Shown: one piece after another, positions 8,390 to 16,126 of the stretch
Numbering within the stretch: the first letter of the stretch is position 1
Layout: each line of letters begins with the position of its first letter
DNA from: Vibrio furnissii CIP 102972
GTDB taxonomy: Bacteria; Pseudomonadota; Gammaproteobacteria; Enterobacterales; Vibrionaceae
Length of the DNA stretch: 24,000 bases
Assembly: GCF_000176175.1 (NCBI RefSeq)
Contig: NZ_ACZP01000013.1
Span: 799,695 to 823,694 of the forward strand
Reading direction: 5' to 3'
Program-made: the position numbers and the translations under genes
Notes under the pieces: model-generated
Told to the model about the DNA's origin: nothing
Seen by the model: only the letters and a program-made list of their open reading frames with translations
Databases searched by the model: none

Positions 8390-9109
8390 ATGAAATACCA
8401 ATGGATGTTGCTAGGCGCAATCAGCCTCACGGGGTGCGTGACGATTACCGAATCAGACAACCACGATGTGAAAAGCGATCCGGTCGAAATGGCGGAATCA
8501 CGCATTGCGCTGGGGCTGGGGTATCTAGATAACGGCCGAATGATCAAAGCGCGGGAAAACCTCGAAAAAGCGCTGCAACACGCCCCTCATTATTACCGCG
8601 CGCAACTCTCGATGGCCCACTACTTTGAAATCGTCGACGAAACGGATGCCGCTCGCCAAGCATACCGCGCGGCGCTGCGCGATCATCCGAAGAACGGGAA
8701 TGTGCTCAATAATTACGGGACATTTCTGTGCAAGCATGGCGAGTATCAACAAGCCGACACCTACTTCAACCGCGCTGTCGAACAGCCCTACTACTATCTG
8801 ATTTCTGCCAGCTATGAGAACGCCGCGTTTTGCGCGCTCAAATCCGGCGACAAATCGAAAGCCGCTTATTATTTTAAACGCGCCATCGACCACGATCCGA
8901 CTCGCGTTCGCTCCGTGTTACAGCTGTCAAAACTGGAGATCGAACAAGGTGACTTCACCCAAGCTCGAATTAAATTGATGGCATTTCATCAGCGCTATGG
9001 CTATCAAAAAGCCTCATTAGAATTGTTGGTGGAACTGGAAAAACAGGCGGGCAATACCGCATTGGAGAAAAAGTATCAGCACATTCTTCTGACACTTTCT
9101 CCCTCATGA
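8390..9109 (+). CDS. pilW: TPR lipoprotein, type IV pilus biogenesis/stability protein PilW (PilF)-like
   Basis: ATG 8390 with GAAGGAGAG upstream. Lipobox LLGAISLTG/C, and TPR repeats collinear with P. aeruginosa PilF (LGLGYL..G....A...L.KAL; VLNNYG.FL). The track ORF 8060..9109 is this gene plus a spurious 110-codon 5' extension that crosses the metA terminator. Confidence 0.8.
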   Translation: MKYQWMLLGAISLTGCVTITESDNHDVKSDPVEMAESRIALGLGYLDNGRMIKARENLEKALQHAPHYYRAQLSMAHYFEIVDETDAARQAYRAALRDHPKNGNVLNNYGTFLCKHGEYQQADTYFNRAVEQPYYYLISASYENAAFCALKSGDKSKAAYYFKRAIDHDPTRVRSVLQLSKLEIEQGDFTQARIKLMAFHQRYGYQKASLELLVELEKQAGNTALEKKYQHILLTLSPS

Positions 9110-9340
9110 TCAGCGCCGCTTGCCGATGTTGGTTGGGCGGCCATCTTTACCGCCTTTGCGGTCGCGGTAATGGGTTCGACGTAAACGTCGAACCTTTTTA
9201 GAACGCTGAATCTTCAGATATTCGCGATATAAGATACGAATAAACAGCACAAGACCGATCAGTAAGATAATCGAGAATACAGAAAGAAACGGTACACATA
9301 GCCAATCAGGCTGACATGGTGAATAGATTTCAAAGTCCAT
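9110..9340 (-). CDS. Hypothetical small membrane protein (76 aa) with polybasic tail
   Basis: ATG 9340 has a strong SD (GAGGAGG, 6-nt spacer); the track's 9346 start is a TTG. One predicted TM helix (VPFLSVFSIILLIGLVLFIRIL) and an Arg/Lys-rich C-terminus. It lies 35 nt downstream of rlmF on the same strand. Caveat: the RRLRR part of the tail is encoded by the opposite-strand terminator hairpin. Confidence 0.45.
   Translation of the reverse strand: MDFEIYSPCQPDWLCVPFLSVFSIILLIGLVLFIRILYREYLKIQRSKKVRRLRRTHYRDRKGGKDGRPTNIGKRR
9173..9199 (+). terminator. Rho-independent terminator of pilW-like gene, embedded in convergent small ORF
   Basis: 9-bp stem ggttcgacg (9173-9181), loop taaa, stem cgtcgaacc (9186-9194), then ttttt (9195-9199). 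Confidence 0.8.
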
Positions 9341-9375
9341 GGCCAACCTCCTCTGCTGTTATCTTGTGAATTAGT

Positions 9376-10473
9376 TTAGCATTTTTCGCTCAGCCACCGC
9401 TTGCGTTGTTCGGCATTTTGAAACGTCCATGCCACAAAGCGACTGACTTTCTGTCCTTGTTGCATCTCTATTACTTTTATCGACTGAACGCCAACTTTCT
9501 CCAGTTGTTTTTTCAACCAGCGTACATTATCGCTTTTCGAAATCAGGGTCGTGAACCACAAAACCTGTTGCGCAAACAGCTTGCTTTCTACCGCCATGGT
9601 TTTCACAAACGCCGCTTCGCCGCCAGGACACCACAACTCAGCTTTCTGACCGCCAAAGTTCAATGTTGGCGCGTGCGCACTTGCTTTCGCCGAGACCTCT
9701 TGCGCAACCCCTTTCTTACGTTGATTGTCCCGCAAGTTGCGAATTTTGCGTTCTGTGCCTTGCTGCGCTTCCGCCAAAGAAGCATGGAACGGCGGGTTAC
9801 AGGTGGTCACGTCATAGCGTTCATCTTTGCCAATCACGCCACTGAAAATCGCTTTGCTGTTTTTCTGCAGGCGACATTCAATGCGCCCTTTGAGCACCGC
9901 GTTCCCCTGCGCAATCAGATTGGCTTGCTTGACCGAAATGGGATCCACATCACTGCCGGTATAGTGCCAGCCGTATTCTGTCACGCCAACAATGGGGTAA
10001 ATGCAGTTCGCCCCGACGCCAATATCTAGCGCTTTGACGCGATGGTGTACAAGCGCCGGACATTCCTCAGCCAATAAATCAGCCACACGATGAATATAGT
10101 CAGCGCGGCCCGGAATCGGCGGACAAAGATAACCGGCCGGAAGATCCCAAAACGTGACACCGTAATGATGCGCCAGTAACGCTTTGTTCAACAGCTTCAC
10201 GGCCACCGGGTCAGAAAATGGAATGCTCCATTCCCCTTTCGGGTTCTTAATGAGGTGGCGTTCTAGCTCTGGCAAAGCTTTACACAATGCTGGGAAATCG
10301 TAATTGCCTTTGTGTTGATTTCGCGGATGCAACCCCGCTTTGCCTTTGAGCGGCGTGGGCGCTTTTTTCTTCGCGCTCGGCGCATTCACCGACTGGCCGC
10401 CAGATTGAGGTTTCACGGTTGGTTTTGCGCGGCGCTCAGATGGGCGCACAAACGGACGTGTTGATTTCGACAT
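9376..10473 (-). CDS. rlmF: 23S rRNA (adenine1618-N6)-methyltransferase
   Basis: 365 aa. From [14 protein letters not shown] onward it is collinear with E. coli RlmF/YbiN ([32 protein letters not shown]; [20 protein letters not shown]; CNPPFH; LNFGGQ..ELWC.GGE; SRF.AWTF). It also has an extra Lys/Pro-rich N-terminal region of about 45 aa. Confidence 0.93.
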   Translation of the reverse strand: MSKSTRPFVRPSERRAKPTVKPQSGGQSVNAPSAKKKAPTPLKGKAGLHPRNQHKGNYDFPALCKALPELERHLIKNPKGEWSIPFSDPVAVKLLNKALLAHHYGVTFWDLPAGYLCPPIPGRADYIHRVADLLAEECPALVHHRVKALDIGVGANCIYPIVGVTEYGWHYTGSDVDPISVKQANLIAQGNAVLKGRIECRLQKNSKAIFSGVIGKDERYDVTTCNPPFHASLAEAQQGTERKIRNLRDNQRKKGVAQEVSAKASAHAPTLNFGGQKAELWCPGGEAAFVKTMAVESKLFAQQVLWFTTLISKSDNVRWLKKQLEKVGVQSIKVIEMQQGQKVSRFVAWTFQNAEQRKRWLSEKC

Positions 10474-10477
10474 CGAG

Positions 10478-10981
10478 TTATTTTCCCGCCTTCAGTTCAA
10501 GCACCATCATGTATAAACGAGCATCAAGCTCCAACTGATGATAGTTCGGCTCCATGTGACAGCACAGCTGATAAAAGGCTTTGTTGTGTTCTTTTTCGCG
10601 TAAATGCGCCAGTTCGTGAACCACCAGCATGCGCAGTAACGGCTCTGGGGCATTTTTGAATGCACTGGCGATACGAATTTCGTTTTTGGCTTTGATTTTG
10701 TTGCCGTGTACGCGAGAAACGTAAGTGTGCAATCCCAACGCATTATTGATGAGATGGATTTTACCGTCGTACACCACTTTGCTCAGCGGCGCGGTCTTTT
10801 TCATGTACTGATTCTTGATATCCATCGTGTAGTTGAACAGCGCTTTTTCACTTTGAATGTCATGACGCTGCGGGTAACGCTGCTCAAACCAAGCCACCAA
10901 CTTGCCAGACTCGACCAAGCGTTGAACCGGTTCTAGAATGTGAGCAGGATAACCGTGAATGTATTTCAGTACCGAATGCAT
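10478..10981 (-). CDS. ygjP: YgjP-family metal-dependent hydrolase (DUF45/M48-like, HExxH)
   Basis: From Met at 10981 the 167-aa product is collinear with E. coli YgjP (GYP..L...V..L; [66 protein letters not shown]). The track start at 11104 adds 41 non-homologous codons. Confidence 0.9.
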   Translation of the reverse strand: MHSVLKYIHGYPAHILEPVQRLVESGKLVAWFEQRYPQRHDIQSEKALFNYTMDIKNQYMKKTAPLSKVVYDGKIHLINNALGLHTYVSRVHGNKIKAKNEIRIASAFKNAPEPLLRMLVVHELAHLREKEHNKAFYQLCCHMEPNYHQLELDARLYMMVLELKAGK

Positions 10982-11118
10982 AACAGGACCACTTTGACAG
11001 GCCAAAAATTTAAGGTCGCAAAGTGTAACCGAAACCCGGCTGTGAATCATCCTGCCAATTTGCATCCACTGCCGTTCGCCGTTACACTCTGCGCCTTTCC
11101 ACACTTCGCGAGCGCCCC

Positions 11119-11349
11119 ATGAAACGAGTTGTTTTGTACGTTAAAGATAAATGCCCACACTGCAAAGATGCCCAGCGCTATCTGGATGCTAAAGGGGTGA
11201 AATACCGCCTGTGCAACGCCAAAATGGAACGTGGCCGCAAAGAACTCGATGCGATGGGTGCGCGTAGTGTGCCCGTATTGAAGATTGGCGATCGCATGAT
11301 GATCGGCTGGAACCCAACCAATTTCGACCGCATTTACAACAGTAAATAA
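11119..11349 (+). CDS. Glutaredoxin-family small thiol-disulfide protein (CPHC active site)
   Basis: 76 aa with the thioredoxin-fold pattern VVLYVKDKCPHCKDAQRYLD...VPVL.IGD..I.G. Confidence 0.8.
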   Translation: MKRVVLYVKDKCPHCKDAQRYLDAKGVKYRLCNAKMERGRKELDAMGARSVPVLKIGDRMMIGWNPTNFDRIYNSK

Positions 11350-11351
11350 TC

Positions 11352-12221
11352 CTAAACGTACTGTTTGACGAACTCGATGAAGGTGCGATCGGCATTCGAT
11401 AAATAGCCATCCTTGCGCCAAGCCAGCGCCAAATCGAGCCACACCGGCGGTTCAAACGGAATCGCGGTGACCTCGGGTTCGTTATCGGTCACCAATTCCA
11501 ACAATGCCGTGATCGCGTATTCATGTTTCACTATGCTGAGGATCATCGGCAGCAAGTTGGTTTCAAACGAGAAATTGGCATTGAATTTGTGCTCTTTGCA
11601 CACTTTATCGATGAACTCTCGGTGAAAATACCCCGGCTTGAACATCACCAGTTCATGTTCAAAAAACTCATCAAAACGAATCTGCGTGCGCTGCGCCAAT
11701 TCATGTTCGTTCCCCACCACCGCCACCATTTGCGATGACAACAACGGGTCAATTTCCAGATCCGGAGGGAGATCGTGGTTGAGAATCACGCCAATATCCA
11801 ACTCGCCCGACAGCAACATGTGACGAATCGACTGTGACCCCGCTTCGATGATCGTCATCTTGAGGTTCGGGAAATGACTTTTAAATGCCATTACGATTTG
11901 TGGAAAGAAGTAAGACCCCATCATGCTCGGCGCACCCAACCGCACTTCGCCTTTGACCAAGCCTTTGAGTTCATCCATCGCCAATTGTGCATCTTCAATT
12001 TGCTGCAAGATGCGCGTGGCGTGCTCAAGCAACACCATCCCTTCATGAGTGAGCGTGACTTTGCGCTCGTCGCGCTTAAACAGCACTACGCCCAGTTGCT
12101 GCTCAAACTTCTTGATTGAAATACTCAGCGCCGGCTGTGCAATGTGCAACGCTTTCGCTGCCTGAGTAAAACTCTCGTTGCGTGCAACCGAAACAAAATG
12201 TTTGAGATGACGTGTGTCCAT
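11352..12221 (-). CDS. LysR-family transcriptional regulator
   Basis: 289 aa with an N-terminal wHTH (MDTRHLKHFVSVARNESFTQAAKALHIAQPALSISIKKFEQQLGVVLFKR) and a C-terminal substrate-binding domain. Divergent from the MFS gene. Confidence 0.92.
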   Translation of the reverse strand: MDTRHLKHFVSVARNESFTQAAKALHIAQPALSISIKKFEQQLGVVLFKRDERKVTLTHEGMVLLEHATRILQQIEDAQLAMDELKGLVKGEVRLGAPSMMGSYFFPQIVMAFKSHFPNLKMTIIEAGSQSIRHMLLSGELDIGVILNHDLPPDLEIDPLLSSQMVAVVGNEHELAQRTQIRFDEFFEHELVMFKPGYFHREFIDKVCKEHKFNANFSFETNLLPMILSIVKHEYAITALLELVTDNEPEVTAIPFEPPVWLDLALAWRKDGYLSNADRTFIEFVKQYV

Positions 12222-12268
12222 AAGGCTCCAACCTCGTTGTTTAGCCCACTGCTCGGCGTGAACTTCCC

Positions 12269-12314
12269 CATATATAATTTATATGAGGTCAATATTTTTA
12301 ATATATTTTATTAA
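12269..12314. promoter_or_regulatory. Two perfect 6-N5-6 AT-rich dyads in the LysR/MFS divergent intergenic region (candidate LysR sites/promoter core)
   Basis: CATATA-taatt-TATATG at 12269-12285 and TTAATA-tattt-TATTAA at 12298-12314, with centres 29 bp apart. A perfect TATAAT lies at 12273-12278 on the + strand. AT-only palindromes in AT-rich DNA arise easily by chance. Confidence 0.4.
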
Positions 12315-12372
12315 TTCACTCGCTGCTGATACTTTGGTCACATCGTTGTATGAGCCGAGTTGAGTTGTCGCC

Positions 12373-13593
12373 ATGATTGAATTAAGCAGCCCCCAATATC
12401 GCAAAGTGACCTTTGCCCTCGCCTTCGGGTCATTTTTGGTTTTCTGCAACCTCTATTTGTTCCAGCCGATGCTGCCTTACATGGCGAAACACTTTGCGGT
12501 GTCGGAAACACAGATCAACTGGCTGTTCGCAGCATCCACATTGGCCTTGTCGGTCAGTTTGGTGCCTTGGGCGATCAGCTCTGAAGCCATTGGGCGTCGC
12601 CGCGTGATGCTGCTCGGCCTGTTTGCCATGCCGATGATCGGCGTGATGATGCTGATCAGCGGCGAATTTTGGGTATTGGTGTTGGCGCGCGCATTCATGG
12701 GCGTGGCGCTCGCCGCGTTTGCATCCGTGGCAGTAGCCTATATGGTGGAAGAGCTGTCACCACAAGCCTTTAGTAAAGCGATTGGCGGCTATATCGCGGC
12801 CAACTCACTGGGCGGGATCAGCGGCCGTATTTTTGGTGGGTTACTAACCGATGCATTGGGGTGGCAGCAAGCGGTGATCGCCATGGCTGGTTTCACCTTC
12901 ATTGGTGCACTCGTGGTGCTGGCGTGTTTGCCCGCTCAAATCAACTTTAAACCGCAACGCGGCATGTTCTTTCATCACAATCGCGCGCTGGTGAAACACC
13001 TGTCCAACCGCACCATATGGCTTGCGATGTTGATCGGCGGCGCCAACTTTGCGCTGTTTGTGAACCTCTACTCGGTCATGGGCTTTCGCTTGGTCGCAGA
13101 ACCTTATTCAATGCCGATTGGCCTCGCATCACTGATTTTCCTGTGCTATCTGGCGGGCACATTGAGTTCAAAATTGACCGCCAACTGGACCAAACGCTAC
13201 CCACCAATCACTGGCATGGTCGTCGGCGGTGTGCTGAGTATGGCGGGCATGTTGATTGCGTTGGTCGAATCAATCCCGTTCATGATGCTAGGCTTGATGC
13301 TGATTAGCTTTGGCGCCTTTTTTACTCACACATTGGCCTATGCCTGGGTCAGCCAGAAAGCCACCGAAGCCAAAGCAACGGCCACTGCGCTCTATTTAGT
13401 GCACTATTATGTGGGCGGCAGCTTGGGCGGTTTCTATCTGCTCTACTGCTGGCAACATGGCGGTTGGCACATGGTCACCGCGGGCGGCCTCGTCGTATAT
13501 GCCGTGCTTTTTACCTTATGCTGGCGATTAAGCCTGCGCCACAAAAGCACCGCCGCCAACAGCACGACCACGGTTTTAAAATCTTCTCATTAA
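12373..13593 (+). CDS. MFS transporter, YnfM-like
   Basis: 406 aa with about 12 TM helices and MFS loop motifs (GRRRVMLLGL; SGRIFGG). Overall it is collinear with E. coli YnfM, which is likewise paired with a divergent LysR regulator. Confidence 0.88.
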   Translation: MIELSSPQYRKVTFALAFGSFLVFCNLYLFQPMLPYMAKHFAVSETQINWLFAASTLALSVSLVPWAISSEAIGRRRVMLLGLFAMPMIGVMMLISGEFWVLVLARAFMGVALAAFASVAVAYMVEELSPQAFSKAIGGYIAANSLGGISGRIFGGLLTDALGWQQAVIAMAGFTFIGALVVLACLPAQINFKPQRGMFFHHNRALVKHLSNRTIWLAMLIGGANFALFVNLYSVMGFRLVAEPYSMPIGLASLIFLCYLAGTLSSKLTANWTKRYPPITGMVVGGVLSMAGMLIALVESIPFMMLGLMLISFGAFFTHTLAYAWVSQKATEAKATATALYLVHYYVGGSLGGFYLLYCWQHGGWHMVTAGGLVVYAVLFTLCWRLSLRHKSTAANSTTTVLKSSH

Positions 13594-13639
13594 GTTGTGG
13601 TATTCTTGCCGCGAAATAGACAACAACGACGACAAGAAT

Positions 13640-14203
13640 ATGAGCTCAACGACCAACAATCAGGCCATCGCCGCCAGCGTTAATCAATGGTTAGACGACG
13701 TGGTGATCGGCCTGAACCTGTGCCCTTTTGCGGCCAAACCTCAGCGCAATCAGCAGATTAAAATTTATGTCAGCAACGCCACTCGCGAAGAAGAACTGCT
13801 GCAAGACATTCTGGATCAGTTGCTGGAACTCGATACCAAAGCACCGCAAGAACTGGAAACCACACTCGTTGTTGTGCCAGATATGCTGCACGATTTCACC
13901 GACTACAACTTCTTCATTGATTGGGTGGAAGCGCTCATTCGCCAGCAAGATTGGGAGGGCGTATTCCAAGTTGCGACATTCCACCCCAATTACTACTTTG
14001 CCGGAACAGAGCCGGACGATGCTGAAAACCTCACCAATCGCGCGCCGTATCCGATCTTCCATTTGATCCGCGAAGAGAGCATGGAAAAAGTGCTCAAGCA
14101 TTACCCGAATCCGGAAGCGATTCCTGACACAAATATCCAGCGTGTCTCGAGCCTCAGCGACGCAGAACGTCAGGCGCTGTTCCCGTACCTGTTTCGCAAA
14201 TAA
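13640..14203 (+). CDS. Conserved hypothetical protein, probably DUF1415 family
   Basis: I prefer ATG 13640 (MSSTTNNQ...) over the track's TTG at 13595. Conserved-looking motifs are GLNLCPFA, FHPNYYF and NLTNRAPYPIFHLIRE. The family name comes from memory and is not verified. Confidence 0.65.
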   Translation: MSSTTNNQAIAASVNQWLDDVVIGLNLCPFAAKPQRNQQIKIYVSNATREEELLQDILDQLLELDTKAPQELETTLVVVPDMLHDFTDYNFFIDWVEALIRQQDWEGVFQVATFHPNYYFAGTEPDDAENLTNRAPYPIFHLIREESMEKVLKHYPNPEAIPDTNIQRVSSLSDAERQALFPYLFRK

Positions 14204-14309
14204 ATGACAGCAGCACACGGGGAGAAAAGTCGCGGATGGCCTAAATCTTAATGGGATTTAACCGTTGAAAATGCTACCCTTACGCCATCATTCTTAGTGA
14301 GAGAATAAA

Positions 14310-14660
14310 ATGAGCAAATTAACGACAGATATTCAAGCTAACCTTGAATTGTTCATCAAAGAGTCCCAAGAAAACAACCTTGTTTGGGGCCTGCGTAATG
14401 AAGAAGGCTGGTTGTCTTGTGAATCGACGGAATTTGAAGAGAGCGAAGTGATGCCATTTTGGTCATCGAAAGAAGACGCGCAATTTCATAACGTCGAAGA
14501 GTGGGCCGATTTCGAAGTACTGGAAATCCCGCTGGATATCTTCGTTGAAGATTGGCTGATCACGCTGGACGAAGACGGCGTGCTGGTTGGCATCAACTGG
14601 AACGCGAATCTCGATGGGAAAGAACTTGAACCATCAGAACTCGCCAAGCTGTATCTGTAA
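14310..14660 (+). CDS. Conserved hypothetical acidic protein, probably DUF2750 family
   Basis: 116 aa with SD GAGAGAA upstream and motifs VWGLRNEEGW and MPFWSSKEDA. Followed by a strong terminator. The family name comes from memory. Confidence 0.65.
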   Translation: MSKLTTDIQANLELFIKESQENNLVWGLRNEEGWLSCESTEFEESEVMPFWSSKEDAQFHNVEEWADFEVLEIPLDIFVEDWLITLDEDGVLVGINWNANLDGKELEPSELAKLYL

Positions 14661-14671
14661 TCGTACCCAAT

Positions 14672-14702
14672 AAGGCGCTCGCAACAGCGCCTTCTTTATT
14701 TT
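14672..14702 (+). terminator. Rho-independent terminator
   Basis: Stem aaggcgct (14672-14679), loop cgcaac, stem agcgcctt (14686-14693), then ctttatttt. Confidence 0.85.
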
Positions 14703-14743
14703 CTAACGAATCATCTCCTATTTTTAGCCATCGGACTGAAAGC

Positions 14744-15319
14744 ATGCATTTATCTAAGCTGACGCAAGACATTTACGATCACCTTTACCGCGACATCACT
14801 GAGTTTCGTAGTACGTTTGACCTACCAGTAGCCGCGCCTGCGAGCTTGGATGGTAAAGCCGATACCCTGCACACGTCGCTGGCCATTGAAGAGTTGACCG
14901 AACTTGCCGAAGCAGACAACAAAACTGAACAAGCCGATGCGATCGTCGATAGCGTTTACGTGTTAATGGGCCGTTTGGTACACCTCGGCGACACAAATGT
15001 CAGCGACAACCTCGCGATCAGCTACCTGATTGATCTGCTGCTGAACGTGGCTGTCAACCGCGGCATTGATTTCCTTCCTTGCTGGGATGAAGTACACAGC
15101 TCAAACATGAGTAAAGTGTGCCGCAACGAGCAAGAATACGCGGAAACCGAAGCGTTCTACGCCAAGCAAGGCATTCAGTTGATGGCGGTACAAAAAGGCG
15201 ATTACATCATCGCAAAATGTGCGCAGGATTTTGTCTCTGAAGGCAAAACCATCCGTCAGGGCAAAGTGCTGAAATCAGTTTACTACCGCCCAGCAGACCT
15301 GGCGAAACTGACGCAATAA
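14744..15319 (+). CDS. MazG-like all-alpha NTP pyrophosphohydrolase family protein (often mis-annotated as Cof-like phosphohydrolase)
   Basis: 191 aa with the metal-binding helix pattern LAIEELTELAEA ... QADAIVDSVYVL (an EExxE...D arrangement), plus a C-terminal extension of about 80 aa. Confidence 0.6.
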   Translation: MHLSKLTQDIYDHLYRDITEFRSTFDLPVAAPASLDGKADTLHTSLAIEELTELAEADNKTEQADAIVDSVYVLMGRLVHLGDTNVSDNLAISYLIDLLLNVAVNRGIDFLPCWDEVHSSNMSKVCRNEQEYAETEAFYAKQGIQLMAVQKGDYIIAKCAQDFVSEGKTIRQGKVLKSVYYRPADLAKLTQ

Positions 15320-15349
15320 GCGCCGCACAATAAAAAATATCAAGACGCC

Positions 15350-15378
15350 AAAAAGCCAGAGCAGACTCTGGCTTTTTT
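15350..15378. terminator. Bidirectional rho-independent terminator shared by the MazG-like (+) and lacA-like (-) genes
   Basis: AAAAA (15350-15354), stem gccagag (15355-15361), loop caga, stem ctctggc (15366-15372), TTTTTT (15373-15378). Confidence 0.85.
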
Positions 15379-15386
15379 GTGGGCGA

Positions 15387-15434
15387 TGGTTCGGGTGTGT
15401 CACGTCAAGATGGTTTGGATGTATCACGTCAAGA
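15387..15434. repeat. Tandem 24-bp direct repeat (2 copies, 21/24 identical) spanning the lacA-like stop codon
   Basis: Copy 1 is tggttcgggtgtgtcacgtcaaga (15387-15410) and copy 2 is tggtttggatgtatcacgtcaaga (15411-15434). Confidence 0.8.
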
Positions 15435-16043
15435 AGCAACGACCTGCGTTTCGAAACGACGGTCTTTGTAATAGAACTCTCGGTCGCGCTCGTTAATCTC
15501 TCTCACCACGCGGCATGGGTTTCCGACCGCCACGACATTGCTTGGAATGTCTTTGGTCACCACACTACCCGCGCCAATGACCGAGTTCTCCCCAATCGTC
15601 ACGCCAGGCAAAACCACCGAGTTTGCACCAATCCAAACATTGCGACCAATGTGAATGGGAATATTAAATTGTGCGACCTTCTCTCGATACTCTGGCGCAA
15701 CGGGATGTCCTGCGGTCGCCAACGTCACGTTAGGACCAAACATCACATAATCACCAATGTAGATATCAGTATCGTCGACTAACGTCAGATTGAAGTTGGC
15801 ATACACATGATGGCCCAAGTGAGTATGCCGCCCCCAATTAGCATGCAGCGGTGGTTCGATGTAGCAATCCTCACCCATTTCGGCAAAAAAACGGCGCAAG
15901 ATCGTTTGCCTTAGCGCCTGCTGCGTTGGCCGCGTGTGATTAAAATCATACAACACATCCAAACATCGCTGTTGTTCCTGCGCCAATCCTTCATCGTTGC
16001 AGTAGTAAACCTGTTGGCTGTGCATTTTGTGTTTAATATTCAT
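15429..16043 (-). CDS. lacA: Galactoside/maltose O-acetyltransferase, hexapeptide-repeat family (closest to LacA)
   Basis: ATG 16043 has AGGAG 5 nt upstream; the track start at 16073 is less likely. It is collinear with E. coli LacA, including the C-terminal tail (YANFNLT.VDD....IGD.V...PNVTL...GHPV; I.IG.NVWIG...V..PGVTIG.NSVIGAGS.VTKDIP.NVVA.G.PCRV.REIN.RD...Y.KD...E). Confidence 0.85.
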   Translation of the reverse strand: MNIKHKMHSQQVYYCNDEGLAQEQQRCLDVLYDFNHTRPTQQALRQTILRRFFAEMGEDCYIEPPLHANWGRHTHLGHHVYANFNLTLVDDTDIYIGDYVMFGPNVTLATAGHPVAPEYREKVAQFNIPIHIGRNVWIGANSVVLPGVTIGENSVIGAGSVVTKDIPSNVVAVGNPCRVVREINERDREFYYKDRRFETQVVAS

Positions 16044-16126
16044 AACACTCCTCATGATCGTCATGGGTCGCAATGCCCTCCGATATTTTCAGCGTGAAGA
16101 ACATGCCACCACCAGACGATTTGCCC

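Noticed and set aside
8253-9140. 10-mer ggttgggcgg occurring on both sides of the pilW-like gene (8253-8262 and 9131-9140), considered as possible flanking direct repeats of an insertion
   Set aside because: Hundreds of repeated 10-mer pairs are expected by chance in 24 kb. The second copy lies inside a coding sequence, and there are no other mobile-element hallmarks.
9406-10029. 207-aa + strand ORF, plus 9663..9845
   Set aside because: Antisense to the well-supported rlmF gene, with no motifs. This is a typical shadow ORF.
10982-11104. 41-codon 5' extension of the ygjP-like ORF
   Set aside because: Homology to E. coli YgjP begins exactly at the Met at 10981, and the extension would overlap the divergent glutaredoxin promoter region.
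11340-11500. Search for a terminator between the convergent glutaredoxin-like (+, stop 11349) and LysR (-, stop 11352) genes. A ggtgacc/ggtcacc hairpin lies at 11466-11500.
   Set aside because: The hairpin has a 14-nt loop and no U-tract, so I do not call it a terminator. The 2-nt spacing is noted but I cannot support any feature there.
13691-14218. 175-aa minus-strand ORF, plus 13728..14066 on +
   Set aside because: It completely overlaps the DUF1415-like gene, which has conserved-looking motifs and a consistent operon context. The product has no recognisable features.
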